Positions 1 through 12,075 are shown, counted from the first letter of the stretch. The stretch: DNA of 64,000 bases from Hormiphora californensis (GCA_020137815.1 CM035361.1:1550001-1614000), one strand, 5' to 3'. A program made the numbers and translations. The notes: generated by a model from the letters alone, not told the origin.

Positions 1-410
1 GCAAGTCTCCCAGCTCTACAGCCTACCATCAGACTACGTGATCCGAGCCCAGGTCCGACGAGAGAGTTGTCTAAAGAAGGCCCGAGCCATGTATAGGAAG
101 TTACTTGTCCAATCAGCACAGAAACCCCAGAATGTGCAATATCAGAACACAGGACCTGCTCAGTATAACAACAACCATGGTCATCAAAGGAGTTCTAGGA
201 CTCACCAGGTAACTATTCATTTCCTCAACCCCAATTAGTGTTTCATTTAGACCCATCGCACAATAAATAAACAGTTTTTTTGTCCGTTTCTGTTTCTGTT
301 TGGATCCTGAATCCGTTTCAAGACTCTACTATTACTAACCATTTCACTCCAGGTGAAAACAGAGAAGAGGCCCTGTGCATCGTGCCACAAGTTGTGTTTC
401 TGGTTAAAAG

Positions 411-752
411 ATGGACAATGCTCCAATTGTGATCTTAGAAGCAGTGAGGCACAGAGGGCTAGAAGAACAGTTCCAAGGGACTTCACCCGGCCCCGACACG
501 AGCAAGCTTACAGGTAAGAAAGAGAGAGATACAATTCATGGATCTAGAGATATAATCCGGTTACCCACTGGGTATTACCCATCCCCTTTTTCCCCAAGTT
601 ATAACACCCCATCCCCCTCCCACAGATCGACCCCGCGACGCATCCAGTACGCCAACAGTGAGAGCTCATCAGAAGAAGAGTTCGCTCCCCCTAAATCCTG
701 TGCCCTCTGTCATGTGAACATCAGGAGTAGCAGAAGAAAGAGATGCTGCTGA
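411..752 (+). CDS. Hypothetical 113-aa ORF, Ser/Pro-rich with C-terminal CxxC and RRKRCC; possibly part of the same unknown element as the ORFs at 2001 and 3214
   Basis: Open ATG-TGA ORF in non-repetitive sequence; no recognisable family. Confidence 0.25.
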   Translation: MDNAPIVILEAVRHRGLEEQFQGTSPGPDTSKLTGKKERDTIHGSRDIIRLPTGYYPSPFSPSYNTPSPSHRSTPRRIQYANSESSSEEEFAPPKSCALCHVNIRSSRRKRCC

Positions 753-1305
753 GGAGATATAGTTGATTTATCCCTTGATATATGGGATCAGTGGTTTAAA
801 GTTGTGTTTGCAGTGCGGAGAGAGACAATAATTTTGATACCGAGATAATTGACAGCTGCTATTTGATTGGAAAAAGACAATTTCGCAGCTTTATCTGTTT
901 ATTTATGAAATGTTTTGCCCGAATTGAATTCGCGGGGAGAAAATTATTATTTGGAGCCGAGAAAATAATGGATGGCAGTTGTTTGTTGGAAATGTGCTGA
1001 TTTGCTGCGGTTATTTTACTAGATCTCGGCAAGAGACGGTGTGTACATATATCATGTTTTGTTGTGTGTGTCTTACACACTTAAATTAATTTCCAAAATA
1101 ATGAAAAACGGCCTTTTCTTTATTTGAGAATGGAAACCTAACTCCTGCGGATCTGAGGGCCGTAGCTGAGCCCGGAAACATTGTCTCAGCTCACGAAAGA
1201 CTCGAGTACCGAATATTGGTAATTTTAGTCTTTAGTTTTTTGGCACTTGTCTGTCATTATCAGGTTCAGCTGTCAGTTGTCTAGACTCTAGCGTCGACAG
1301 ACAAC

Positions 1306-1440
1306 TAAAGTGTAAGCGAAACAACAACGAACTGGCTGCGCGTCCCGCAACGTTGCGCATGTGAATCTCTCCGGTGAGATCGTTATGCGCAACGAATGCG
1401 CGACGCGCAGCCAGTTCGTTGTTGTTTCGCTTTCACTTTA
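1306..1440. mobile_element. ~135-bp palindromic MITE-like element
   Basis: TAAAGTGTAAGCGAAACAACAACGAACTGGCTGCGCGTC is nearly the exact reverse complement of GACGCGCAGCCAGTTCGTTGTTGTTTCGCTTTCACTTTA; inner arms also pair (CGTTGCGCAT/ATGCGCAACG). Confidence 0.7.
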
Positions 1441-2000
1441 ACGAACCGTCTCTTTATTATTTATTTATTGTCACTCTGACAGATGTTCTCCATTTGACAA
1501 CTTCCAGTCGCGCGCGTCAATGAGGCGCGTAGTTTTGCGCCAAGAAATCAACATAACAGTTACCGCGCGCTACTGCAAGTTGTGATTCTGGTTCACTACA
1601 GTGTAAGTTCCGGTGGAGAATATTGATGATACAGCTGGTAACGAGATGGGGCAGTGGGTCATAGAGGCAGTGATGGCATTATGGCAAATTGATTACAACC
1701 CCGACAATTTATACACAATGTCAACAAAGTTCCCCAAAATTCAATGGACTGTGAAACATATTCATTCCAAATCCAATCTGAATATTATGTAAACCTGTCA
1801 CTGGTGTGAAATTGAAGTGCTGGGTGTTTAACTGACTGAGGGTGATTGTAAGAAGGCAGGACCCATCTGCACGTGTTGCTATAGCAACAATAATCCACCC
1901 AGTTTGTAAGTTAGTTTGCACGTGCAGAACTTATCCCCCGCTCGCTTACTACATTTCGTTACGAATTTGAAGCTCTTCAACACACAAGAAACAGGACACG

Positions 2001-2507
2001 ATGATGGACCCTGATGCCATTCTATTGTCCTCAGCGCTGCTGATATTAGCTGGAATCATGGTGGCGGGTCTGATAAAGATCAGATCCACCATAAAGACAT
2101 CCAACGAACGGCTACTGCCGATGTATGCGGCAGATGTCGAAGCGGCCAAAAACGTGGCGACAAACTCCAACCTGATTGCAGCCAACCTTACCAAACGGCT
2201 GGCTCATGTTACGGACGCACTTGCCAAGCTCCAGACAATTGTCGAGATGGAACTTAGGAAGAAACATCCCGTATTGATGACGTCGGAGACGCAAACTCTG
2301 ATAGACTCAATCGAATCATTCACCGCAATGACCCCCGTGGTCAGCCCCATCCCTAGTCCCCGACTAGATCCAGTAATATCTGCTCAGACTGTGGTCTACG
2401 TGGGATCTGCTGAACAAGATCTCTCACTTTTGGATGAGCAGAATCCTAGCCCTCTGAAACCCGGACAAGAATCCGGAGAAGAAAACACCGTACTCGACCT
2501 CGAGTAA
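2001..2507 (+). CDS. Hypothetical 168-aa protein with N-terminal hydrophobic helix and coiled-coil-like middle; paralog A
   Basis: Intronless ORF clearly homologous to 3214..3741 (shared RLLPMYAAD, NSNLIAANLTKRLAHVTD, KLQTIVEMEL, C-terminal TVLDLE); many nucleotide differences are at third codon positions. Confidence 0.75.
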   Translation: MMDPDAILLSSALLILAGIMVAGLIKIRSTIKTSNERLLPMYAADVEAAKNVATNSNLIAANLTKRLAHVTDALAKLQTIVEMELRKKHPVLMTSETQTLIDSIESFTAMTPVVSPIPSPRLDPVISAQTVVYVGSAEQDLSLLDEQNPSPLKPGQESGEENTVLDLE

Positions 2508-2572
2508 TACCAGACACCAACACAAGATTTTATCGACAACACCACGGAGACTGATGTCCACAAGATTTTATC

Positions 2573-2823
2573 GAGGGTGACGGAGGAGTAAGGGGAGCGT
2601 GATTTTACCCCTGAGGAGTGATGAACCTCATTTTATACCTCCCCCCTCCTCCGTCCCCTCACCCCTATGGGGGGAGCTCATTGTGATTGTCAGGATCTTT
2701 CTAACCAATCCACTGAGCTCTCTGTGCCTGCTCTGATCATGCACTATCTCTCCTGTGCATGATCAGAGTCCCATAGCCGTGTAGCTGATTAGGCTGATGC
2801 TACAGTGAGTACGGTCAACTCAC
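2573..2823 (+). ncRNA. Putative structured RNA module downstream of paralog A, copy 1
   Basis: Stems GAGGG-GACGGAGGAG/CTCCTCCGTC-CCCTC, GGGGAG/CTCCCC, TGAGG/CCTCA, CTATGGG/CCCATAG, GAGCTCA/TGAGCTC, CTCTGATCATGCAC/GTGCATGATCAGAG, TGTAGC/GCTACA, GTGAG/CTCAC; near-identical to 3808..4060. Confidence 0.5.
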
Positions 2824-3213
2824 AAAATTTCAAATGGGTATAATTAAATGGCATCGACACGATACCAAACACACACAACATTACAAAATTGACAATTGAC
2901 AAAGTGTTGCAGAATATTCATATCAGGGTAGGCCAAGAAATGATCCTGATCCGATCTCATTTACGAGGATACAACGGTCAACCATGACATTGAAAAAAGT
3001 ACTTTTAATATTTATGTTTATGAAGGAGCAATTAGAAAACAATTAGAAAACAAATGCCATTCGATCAAGTTCACTTTTGCTGATACTTGCTGTGATCACG
3101 GTAGCCAATCGAATGCAAATGACCGGTTATTACCAATGTACCAAGTGGCATAGAACTCCCCGTTTTACACCTTTCGTTACGTTTTTGCTGCTCTTCAATC
3201 AACGAGAATCAAG

Positions 3214-3741
3214 ATGAACCCAGACACGATACTGATGTCTTCAGCCCTGTTCATCCTTACTGGAATGATGATAGCAGGCCTACTGAAGATCAAATCCACA
3301 ATCCAGGTAACAAACTCACGGTTGTTGCCGATGTATGCCGCCGATCTCGAGGCATCTAGAACCATAGCATCCAACTCGAACCTGATTGCAGCCAACCTTA
3401 CAAAAAGATTGGCACACGTCACAGATTCACTTACCAAACTCCAAACAATAGTGGAAATGGAGTTGAAGAAGAAGAGACCAACTTTCATGACAGCGGAGAC
3501 ACAGACCTGGGTTGAATCAATGGAGTCTTGTACAGCAATGACTCCCATCATGAGCCCAGCCACCAGCCCTGTCCCTAGTCCTCGACTAGGAGCAGTACAC
3601 TCCGCCGAGACCGTCATCTGGGTTGGACCCGTGGAGGAGAATTCCGCTGGACTCCCCACCAACCCACCTACCTCTGGACCCGAAAATACGGACCAGAAAC
3701 CCGAGGAAGGACCCGCAGAGACTGTACTCGACCTCGAGTAA
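3214..3741 (+). CDS. Hypothetical 175-aa protein; paralog B of 2001..2507
   Basis: Same architecture and motifs as paralog A; frame preserved despite indels. Confidence 0.75.
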   Translation: MNPDTILMSSALFILTGMMIAGLLKIKSTIQVTNSRLLPMYAADLEASRTIASNSNLIAANLTKRLAHVTDSLTKLQTIVEMELKKKRPTFMTAETQTWVESMESCTAMTPIMSPATSPVPSPRLGAVHSAETVIWVGPVEENSAGLPTNPPTSGPENTDQKPEEGPAETVLDLE

Positions 3742-3807
3742 TCAGTATCCCGGACATGACGAGATTTTACACACACCACGGAGACCTGTCCTCCACGAGA
3801 TTTTATC

Positions 3808-4060
3808 GAGGGTGACGGAGGAGTAAGGGGAGCGTGATTTTACCCCTGAGGAGTGATGAACCTCATTTTATACCTCCCCCCTCCTCCGTCCCCTCACCCC
3901 TATGGGGGGAGCTCATTGTGATTGTCAGGATCTTTCTATTGACAATCCACTGAGCTCTCTGTGCCTGCTCTGATCATGCACTATCTCTCCTGTGCATGAT
4001 TAGAGTCCCATAGCCGTGTAGCTGATTAGGCTGATGCTACAGTGGGTACGGTCAACCCAC
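3808..4060 (+). ncRNA. Putative structured RNA module, copy 2
   Basis: Same stems as copy 1; GTGAG/CTCAC becomes GTGGG/CCCAC (compensatory pair); C>T at 4001 keeps a G-U pair. Confidence 0.5.
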
Positions 4061-5282
4061 AAAAATTCCAGGGGCATGGCATCGACACGATTGACGATAC
4101 CATACACACATAACATTAAAAAACGTTTGAGTAGAATTTTAACTTTTAATCTTTGAGTAGTGACGTCAAACAAAGACGTCAGCGTCTAGTCAGCGATAAG
4201 GGATGTAGAGAAAGAAACTGGGTCTGTGTTTCACAATCTAAAGTGCTCGATCAATCAATCAATAACCACCGATGTTGCCCTAGTGTCTGTACCCCAATAC
4301 CATCGTTTAGGGGTGTGATCTTCATCAAGATATCAATTGTATCAAGATTGGACCATAACATAGGTCCTTCGTCTACAGCTGTCGATAGTTGTATGGAAAA
4401 CATGTTTCACGTAGAGATGTGACTGGTGGATGGATTCAAACAAGTACAATAATAATCTCACACATTTCCTGACTAATTCTTATCTAGCCCAGAATAGTGT
4501 GGATTTAAATAAACTCGAGATAATTTTGTGGTTTGAATCACTCATTCCTAGTAGCCACTAGACTTCTGCAGCAGTAAGTATGTTCGTGTATATCACATCT
4601 AAGTACTTTTCTCTATCTCCCTCTCTCTGTTTCTCTCTCTCACACTACTGTAGGCCGGAAGGAAAGGCGTATATCTCTATCTTATTATTGCCAGTACTTC
4701 CTGAAAACTCATGTACACTTATACACTTGGAATATCTAGTAGTATGTTTTGGAAATCAGAAATGATGGGAGAATAAGAGATAATAAACGAAAGATTGGCC
4801 CAGTGATTGGTGGGGGTGGGGTAGATTATATGGAAAGAGGGAAGGGGTGGTTTGTTCACTTCTGTGTGTTCACATCTGCTCACGGGAAAGTTGGCAGCGA
4901 CGTTGTTCAGATTTACCGGAAGGGAGGGAGAGATAAATCTGAGAGAGAGAGGGTGTGAGAGAGAGGGAGAGAGAGGGAGAAGGAGAGAAAGATGGAAAGG
5001 TTGAATGTTCGAGTGTACCATGTCTTTCCGTTTATTGGCAAAATCGCTTTACCAAATGTCTCCGTCGACCGTCAGCTGTTTCCCAAAAACTCTCTATCTC
5101 TATCTTTCTCTCTATCTTTCTATCTCTCTTCTTTCTATTACCATTCATTCTGACCTCTCTTAATTCATTTGAAACCACCCTGCCATATTGGTAGAACCTG
5201 TATAGGGTACCATCTACATGTGAACAGCAGTCGCTGCGGTGGGAGGATTGGCAGAGAGGGTGTAAGGGATGAGATGGGGGAG

Positions 5283-5450
<168 letters not shown>

Positions 5451-7721
5451 AAGAAAGTTTGAGAGAAGCTGAAAAGCTTACACATCAGAATAGCTTCAAT
5501 CTACACTATCTCAAACACTGAACACACTGATCTATACGACACAGTTAGTGACACCTAAAGGAAATGAAATGTATATCAGGGTCCAAATCTTGCATATATT
5601 GGGGAGATTGGGTTTGGGGATGACATACTCGATCGATCTGTTAATCTGGTCCGAACCAGGCCCCCACCAGGCCAAGTTTCGTAGAATTACATGAAATCAT
5701 TTGCCTTGTTGGGTTTGAGCAAAAGAAGAAATCATGTGTCAGTGAAGTTATATCGAGTTTCAACGAATGAAGGTAGGTACATGTTCGAGGGTGTGTAATT
5801 GGGGATGGAAGTAGGAAACATGATATGCAGCAATGGTGATACATTACACAGGAACATTATGAATGAAATGGTGTGCTATCTACCTCCACAGCTGCAGTAC
5901 TGGAAGCGTTGTGCCTTTTTTCCCTGGGAAGTTTTTCGTATATTTCTGTGTTTGGAAAATTCCCGTCTTTTCGGACACCCGTGAACTCCCCCCCCCCTTA
6001 AACCCCCCTCCCTATAACACACCACCTGTATATATACTGGTAACGCATGGTCAGTCTAACAATGTTATGGTTCTCCAGAATATTCCCCCACACTACTGAA
6101 ATGACGTATTGCAAGGAGCACGTGCTGTACTGTACTGCAAGGTGTGAATTCCGATTGCCCCACATGACACAAACACAGCCTGCAGTGTGTTATAGCACGG
6201 GTACTTGTAACATCCACCGTTACGTTGCAAAAAAATCGGGGTGTGTATTACAGCGATATACGGAAAAGCGCTCTTTCTCTTCTATTCGCTCCGTTCCCCT
6301 CCTCGTCCCTCTCTCTCACTTTTCTCTGCGCTCGCTCTCTCTCTCTCGCCTCTCTCTCGCTCTCCTCTCGCGACTCCGCTCTCTCGCGCGCGCGCGGGCC
6401 GGCGCGCGCGCTCGTCTCGCGCTCTGCGCGCGCGCGCGCGCGCTCGCGCTCTGCGCTTCGCTCGCGCGCGCTCGCTCCGCTCTCGCTCGCTCGCGCGCTC
6501 TCTCTCTCTTTTTCCCTCGCTCGGCTCGGTTTTTCTCCCTCTCTCTCTCTCCTTTCTCTCTCTCTCTCCTCTATCGCTCGCCTCCTCGCTCCTCGCTCTC
6601 GCTTCTCTCTCTCTCTCCTCTACTATCTATCTCGATCTCTCGCTCGCTCTTCTACTCCGCGCGCGCGCGCGCCGCCCTTGTTCCCCGTGTTACAGATTGT
6701 GCTGAGTTACTAAGTGGAGTCTACTCAGTACTCAGTCTATTGGGTATGTAAGTGTAGCCTCTTGTCACGCTTAGCCTAAGTGTATAGTAGCAGCATGGAC
6801 TAGGCTACCCAGCAGACTCTTTGCTATCTAACAGTCTGTCACACAAACTCTGCGCATTATGAGCTACACTTAAATACTACTGGATAGTGTTATAGCTGTC
6901 TATTTGGTGCTTATACTAACTGCAGGTGTAGCCTTGCTAAACGGGTGTGTAACATTCCATTGTGTGTGTGTATATTGCAAAACAAACAACAAACTCAGAC
7001 AGATCTTGTTGTATCAAAAAGAAAATTGAGGGGTAAACAATACAATGGAATTCCAGGTGCTAAACACACACACGGTGGAATTCTTTTCAATATATTGAAA
7101 AACACTCCTTGGGATTTAACTGTGAGCAAAACATACTTTATTAGGGGAAAATATTATGTGCCGGAGACTTAAAATGAAAATCAGAACATGACTCTGGTTT
7201 AATTACAAATATACAGGGATGTATTGAGTATTCCTTTTACAAGAAAAAGCGTGCCCGAGCACTGGCCCTATATACTTAGATCGAGCTAAATATGGAATCA
7301 ATCGAGGCCATATTAGGAATCTATAAATGCACTTTAAGTGTAGGCCATTATATTAACTATACACCACACCGGATATTTAATTGCATGCCCAATTTGCATC
7401 ATCAACACAAATACTCAGTATGCAATTCAATTCGAGACAAATACACATATAAAATATACACGTGTGAATATAGCAGTAGTCCAAAACAGACACATCAGTA
7501 CCCTAACAGACAAACACTAAACCACCAACACTTGCAACATTTTCATCTCTCGTGTAATAGAGTCAGTACTTTACAACAATACCCTAGCATTACAAAATTA
7601 CCGCCCAGATCCCTTTCTCTCTCCCTCTCTCATTTCATGATATAAAACCCTGTCTCTAAGGAGTAAACACAGAACAGCTTCTGTACTTGAAACATTTGTA
7701 TTAAGCAGGACTCCTACTACC

Positions 7722-10700
7722 TCAAGCAGGGCACTGTGCAGCAGGTACATCAGTGTTAGTGTTCGTGTAGGCTCTCGTCTCAAACTGTACCCCATCTCCC
7801 ATACTGGAGAAGACTGGGAGGGGCCACAGAAGGGGATTGTCTCCAAATACTTGTTTGAAGTTGTTGCATCCTCCCAGGTCGTAGCGTTTAGCATCTGCAA
7901 ATCCACCTTAGAGAGGGAGGGGGAGTGGTTAGGGAAATACTGAGGGAGGAAGGAAGAGAGATTAAGAAATCCTGAGGGAGGGGAGGGTGTTAGAGACATT
8001 TTGATATACTAGAGGAGGGAGGGATGGCCGTTAGGCCGGGGTTAGAGATTTAGGATAGATTTAATGAAATAGTGCTACAATTTGATAGGTTGATCACTAC
8101 TATACTGCAGGAGAGGGCCATGTTAAGTAGTTGAGGGAAGGGTGGGGAGATAAGGGAGGAAGGGGACATGTCTATATAATTAGGCGAGGAAGGAAGACAT
8201 GGGGATGGTGAGGGTGATAGAAAACTTGATTCTAGAAAAGCATTAAAAGGGAAGGATTCTTATAAGTTGCATTATATCTTATGTCACTTTGTTCCCTCTA
8301 TCTCCCTTCCTCTCTCTCTTTCTCTCCCAGGGAAGTGGGAAGTGACAGGGAGATTCTCCCTGTCACTTCTCTATCAGACATCCTCTACTATCTCAATTCA
8401 ACTCTGACAGCTCAACCGCAAAATTTTTAATTTTGAACAAAAATCATTAAAAAAGGCAGACATCTTTATGCAAGTAGCTATATTTATAATGCCCTCTAAA
8501 CTACCTCTAAAGCAGGGTGGCCTGCTGCTCTCCAGTGTGGTCCTATTATGAACCAGGAGGTATATATGGAAGACGAATAGACCGAATACTGTCAAACAGA
8601 ACACCAGGGATATCAGGAACATGATGAGGACGTGGAAATTCAACCTGTGGAGGGGGAGGGATCATCAGGGATGAAGATTTAGTCAATATTACAATAATAA
8701 CCATACTCTCTAGGAATCTTTCCCACTAGTCCGAATGTACCCCCATCTCTCCCCAAAGTAAGGAATCCCTTTTCATAACCTCCATTACTAAAACATTTTG
8801 GCTCGTTTTGTACATGACACCATACAAAGTGTGTTATTATGGTAAATAGTAACCTAGAGCTACACACACACACACACAGTAACCTCAACATACAGCACGG
8901 GGCTTCCTTCATCTCACTCGCATCTTACCCAAAGCCCCCCTTTTCCCTTTCCCTCTGACCCCTCTCCCACGTCCCCTCTCTCTGCTTTTGGCACCTCTTC
9001 CCCTCTTGAACTCCAGATCATCTCTCCCATACCCCCCTTTCCCTATCTCTTCCTCTCCCATGCCCCCCCCCCCTTTCCCTATCTCTTCCTCTCCCATGCA
9101 CCCCCCTTTCCCTATCTCTTCCTCTCCCATGCCCCTTTCTTTTTCCTATCTCTCCCTCTCTCCCACATCCCCATATATATCTCCCCCCTAAACTCTCTCC
9201 CACCTATCTTCCCCCCTGCACTCACGGATCATCACTGCGATGTTTCCACACATTAGTAAGATATGGTATACAGCATAGAGCAATAAATCCCGTGTATAGG
9301 ACTGTATAGTTGAGGAACAAGACGAAGTATTTGTAGTTGGAGTACCCGACACAGTTCCCAACCCAGGGACAGTGGTGATCCATCTTCAGGACGCACTGAG
9401 GAATAAGGGGGGGAGTTAGATTGGGTCCATCTTCAGGACGCACTGGGGAATAAAGGGGGAGAGTTAGATTTGAAGGGTAGGTAGTCACTAAGGAAGGTTG
9501 GGGAAGAGTTAGATTTGGGGCATCTTCAGGACGCAATGAGGAATATGGACGAGTTAGATTTGGGGCGCATTTAGAGAGGTTCGGGCAAGACATAGATTTG
9601 GAGCGTGTATCTGGTAGGTAGGTAGTCACTGAGGGAGATGTGCCATGAGGGCATTAGATTTGGAGGCCGAAGGGGAATTTAATAACATTTCTGTGACCTG
9701 GGTGCCCCATATATAGAACACGCCGTGAAAGTAGTGGTTAGTGAAATTAATTAAATGTGAGATTGGGGGGCTTTGAGACTAGGGTGGTTATAGTAGTATA
9801 TTGGAGGGGGGATAAGAGAACTTGGATTGATGTTATGACCAAAAAGGTTTGTGTTTTCTCAGCAATCAGTATACATAATACATTGAGGTAGTTCTACTGC
9901 ACACATTAGCTAGATTCTAGTTACATGCTTACACACTTACAGACAATACGGAGTGTAGTGTACATTATTCACAAGCAGTTAAGTATAACTAGTTGTCATC
10001 CACTGAGTGTGTAATATGTGCATTGTCCCCCCCTCTCTATATCTATATTTCTCTCTCTTTTTCTCTATCTATCTCTATTTCTCTCTCTTATTCTCTATCT
10101 ATCTCTCTATCTATCTTTAAACTGGCATTCTGCATTAGCACTATGCATCTCTCTTGGTAGTTGGTACCACTAATTATTTGGCTCTGATTCTTTTTTCCAT
10201 TTTCCTGCTCTAACACTATAATTCTGGCACAAAATGGCCCGGGTCAATTATTGGCATGCCATACACAGAGATAATAATTATCTTTATTTCTCTGCGGTGA
10301 AAAACCGTATATAGAGACTGATTGAGATTGATTCATGACTGCTAAAATAATTAAATTTTTTCAGCCTGGTACTGGTATGTATAGGGGGAATCAAAAAGTT
10401 TGATATTTTTAAAGACAGCTACGAGAGACGGCCCAAGAAGAAAACAACAGGAACCGACCGACACAAGTAAACAACCAATCAGAACTCGTTATTTAAGTCA
10501 CATGACTGGTTATCAGCCAATCAGGACCAGTATTTCCTGATTCGGTCGGTTTCTGGTTAACAAAAGAGTTAAATTAATTAATATTTCCATTCACCTGCAT
10601 GCACATGGAGCAATGATGGGACCGGTCTGGTTTAATGCACTTGCACAGTTCGCAATACCTCACTGCACCCGTAGTAGTCCTCTCATAGACCGTTACTCGC

Positions 10701-11480
10701 TGTGAAACAGACTGGAGAACCTCTCTTCCCCTGTCACTCGCCCTCATGTTGGCATGTTCCTCTTCTATAGGGGAGGAAGTTGTTAGTTTTAGGGGTCCCT
10801 TAGCTGCAGAAACTGCTGTGTGGGATCCCTGTGTGTCGTTATATAAATCTTGTGTTTCCCACCCAAAATAGTTGAACCCAAAAAAAAGTTGGGAGACTGA
10901 GGAAGTGTGTGTTAGATTGTTAAATTCTAGAAAGAAGGGAAGTTTGTGTTTGTATCTAGAGATAAGGGTATTTAGCTCAAGCTAGCTTGCAAGCATTTAA
11001 GAAAGTTCCTAATTTGGGAATTATCTGATGATATAAAATAGTGACGAAATAGAGGATAAATATTTTTCTGACAGACGATACACTCAACTTCCCCAACAAT
11101 GATACATCACATACCTGTCAGGTAGAAGTGAGGGGGAGGTTTAGCAGGGGAGGTGAATATTGCCATGGCATAGCTCCATAGAAACATGACAAGCAGAATG
11201 TGGTAGATGATGGATACAAATATTCGAACTCCCAAGTTGTCTATGTGCGCTCCATAAGCAATTATGAAGGCGTAGTATGACCAGGCGATCTGAAGATATA
11301 AGGATTAAAACTTGAATATTTGTAAGACAAACTAGCAAAATAATCGTCATTTTGCAGATAATTTCAAACTAAATAAAACGAGAATCCTACCAATGCAAAA
11401 ACGAAGATAACGGGAACGAGCATGGAACAACGTTGGCAGTGATACGCACACCCCTTCGTTTCATCTTCGGAGTATGACAT
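7722..11480 (-). CDS. ZDHHC2/15/20: DHHC palmitoyltransferase, ZDHHC2/15/20 subfamily, 6 exons (11391-11480, 11115-11289, 10595-10764, 9226-9395, 8505-8644, 7722-7906)
   Basis: Spliced translation [38 protein letters not shown]...MFLWSY...[53 protein letters not shown]...[14 protein letters not shown]...[14 protein letters not shown]...GDGVQF; GT-AG introns with consistent phases. Confidence 0.93.
10448..10555. mobile_element. ~108-bp CAG-terminal MITE (hAT-like), copy 1, in ZDHHC intron
   Basis: TIR CAGGAACCGACCG/CGGTCGGTTTCTG; degenerate 8-bp flanks GAAAACAA/GTTAACAA; five copies in the window. Confidence 0.85.
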
Positions 11481-11914
11481 TCTCCCTCCTCCATGCAACA
11501 CACTAAACAATTGTTAAATAAGGATTGGACAGAGTTTAACAATAAATGGGAAAGGGGTAGAAATAAATAAAGATTATAAAAAAGTCTAAACCAAGGGGAA
11601 CTGGAGAGTTTTGACAAAACTGGAACTGAAGACTCGGATCGGTTGCTACTCCATTACGACCTAAATTAATGTACTGATTTTATCAGCTTCATTGAAAGTC
11701 ATAAGACTTGTCGATGTAAATTGATGTGGTATCGATAACTGCAAGAGAACAGAGGTGGTTTGATCATTTTCAGCCCCGAAGGATTCTGACAGTAATCGAA
11801 TTTCCTTTCTAAGCCCTTCGCTGCACAAATTTAACGCCAATAAGTTTCTCTATTGGTATCTCAAATATGTTTTCATTACAATTGGGCATCATTTCGCAGC
11901 TAAAACAGTAAGCA

Positions 11915-12075
11915 ACGCGACGTCAGTAAAACCAGAGATAGAATAACGCGATGGAAAATTTGAAAAAAGAAACAAGCAAAACGCGGATTTTTGACACGAA
12001 TTATATTAAAAGCGCGCACGTTTAGAATTTGGTGCGCGGCGCAAAATTTGCGCGTGCTATTTTTTTCTGCCGTCA
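11915..12075 (-). promoter_or_regulatory. CpG-enriched putative promoter upstream of ZDHHC
   Basis: Local CG/GCGC cluster and a GACGTCA (CRE-like) site ~450-600 bp upstream of the ATG; positional inference only. Confidence 0.3.

Noticed and set aside
2610-2630. Hammerhead ribozyme core (CTGAGGA...GAA)
   Set aside because: No GAAA with stem III and no cleavage-site arrangement; the segment pairs as a simple TGAGG/CCTCA hairpin
3195-3779. 194-aa antisense ORF over paralog B
   Set aside because: Not preserved at equal length in paralog A; the substitution pattern fits the + frame
6047-6751. 234-aa Arg/Ala/Ser/Leu-rich ORF and overlapping ORFs
   Set aside because: Produced by a corrupted (CT)n/(CG)n tract that looks like a base-calling artefact; open in all frames
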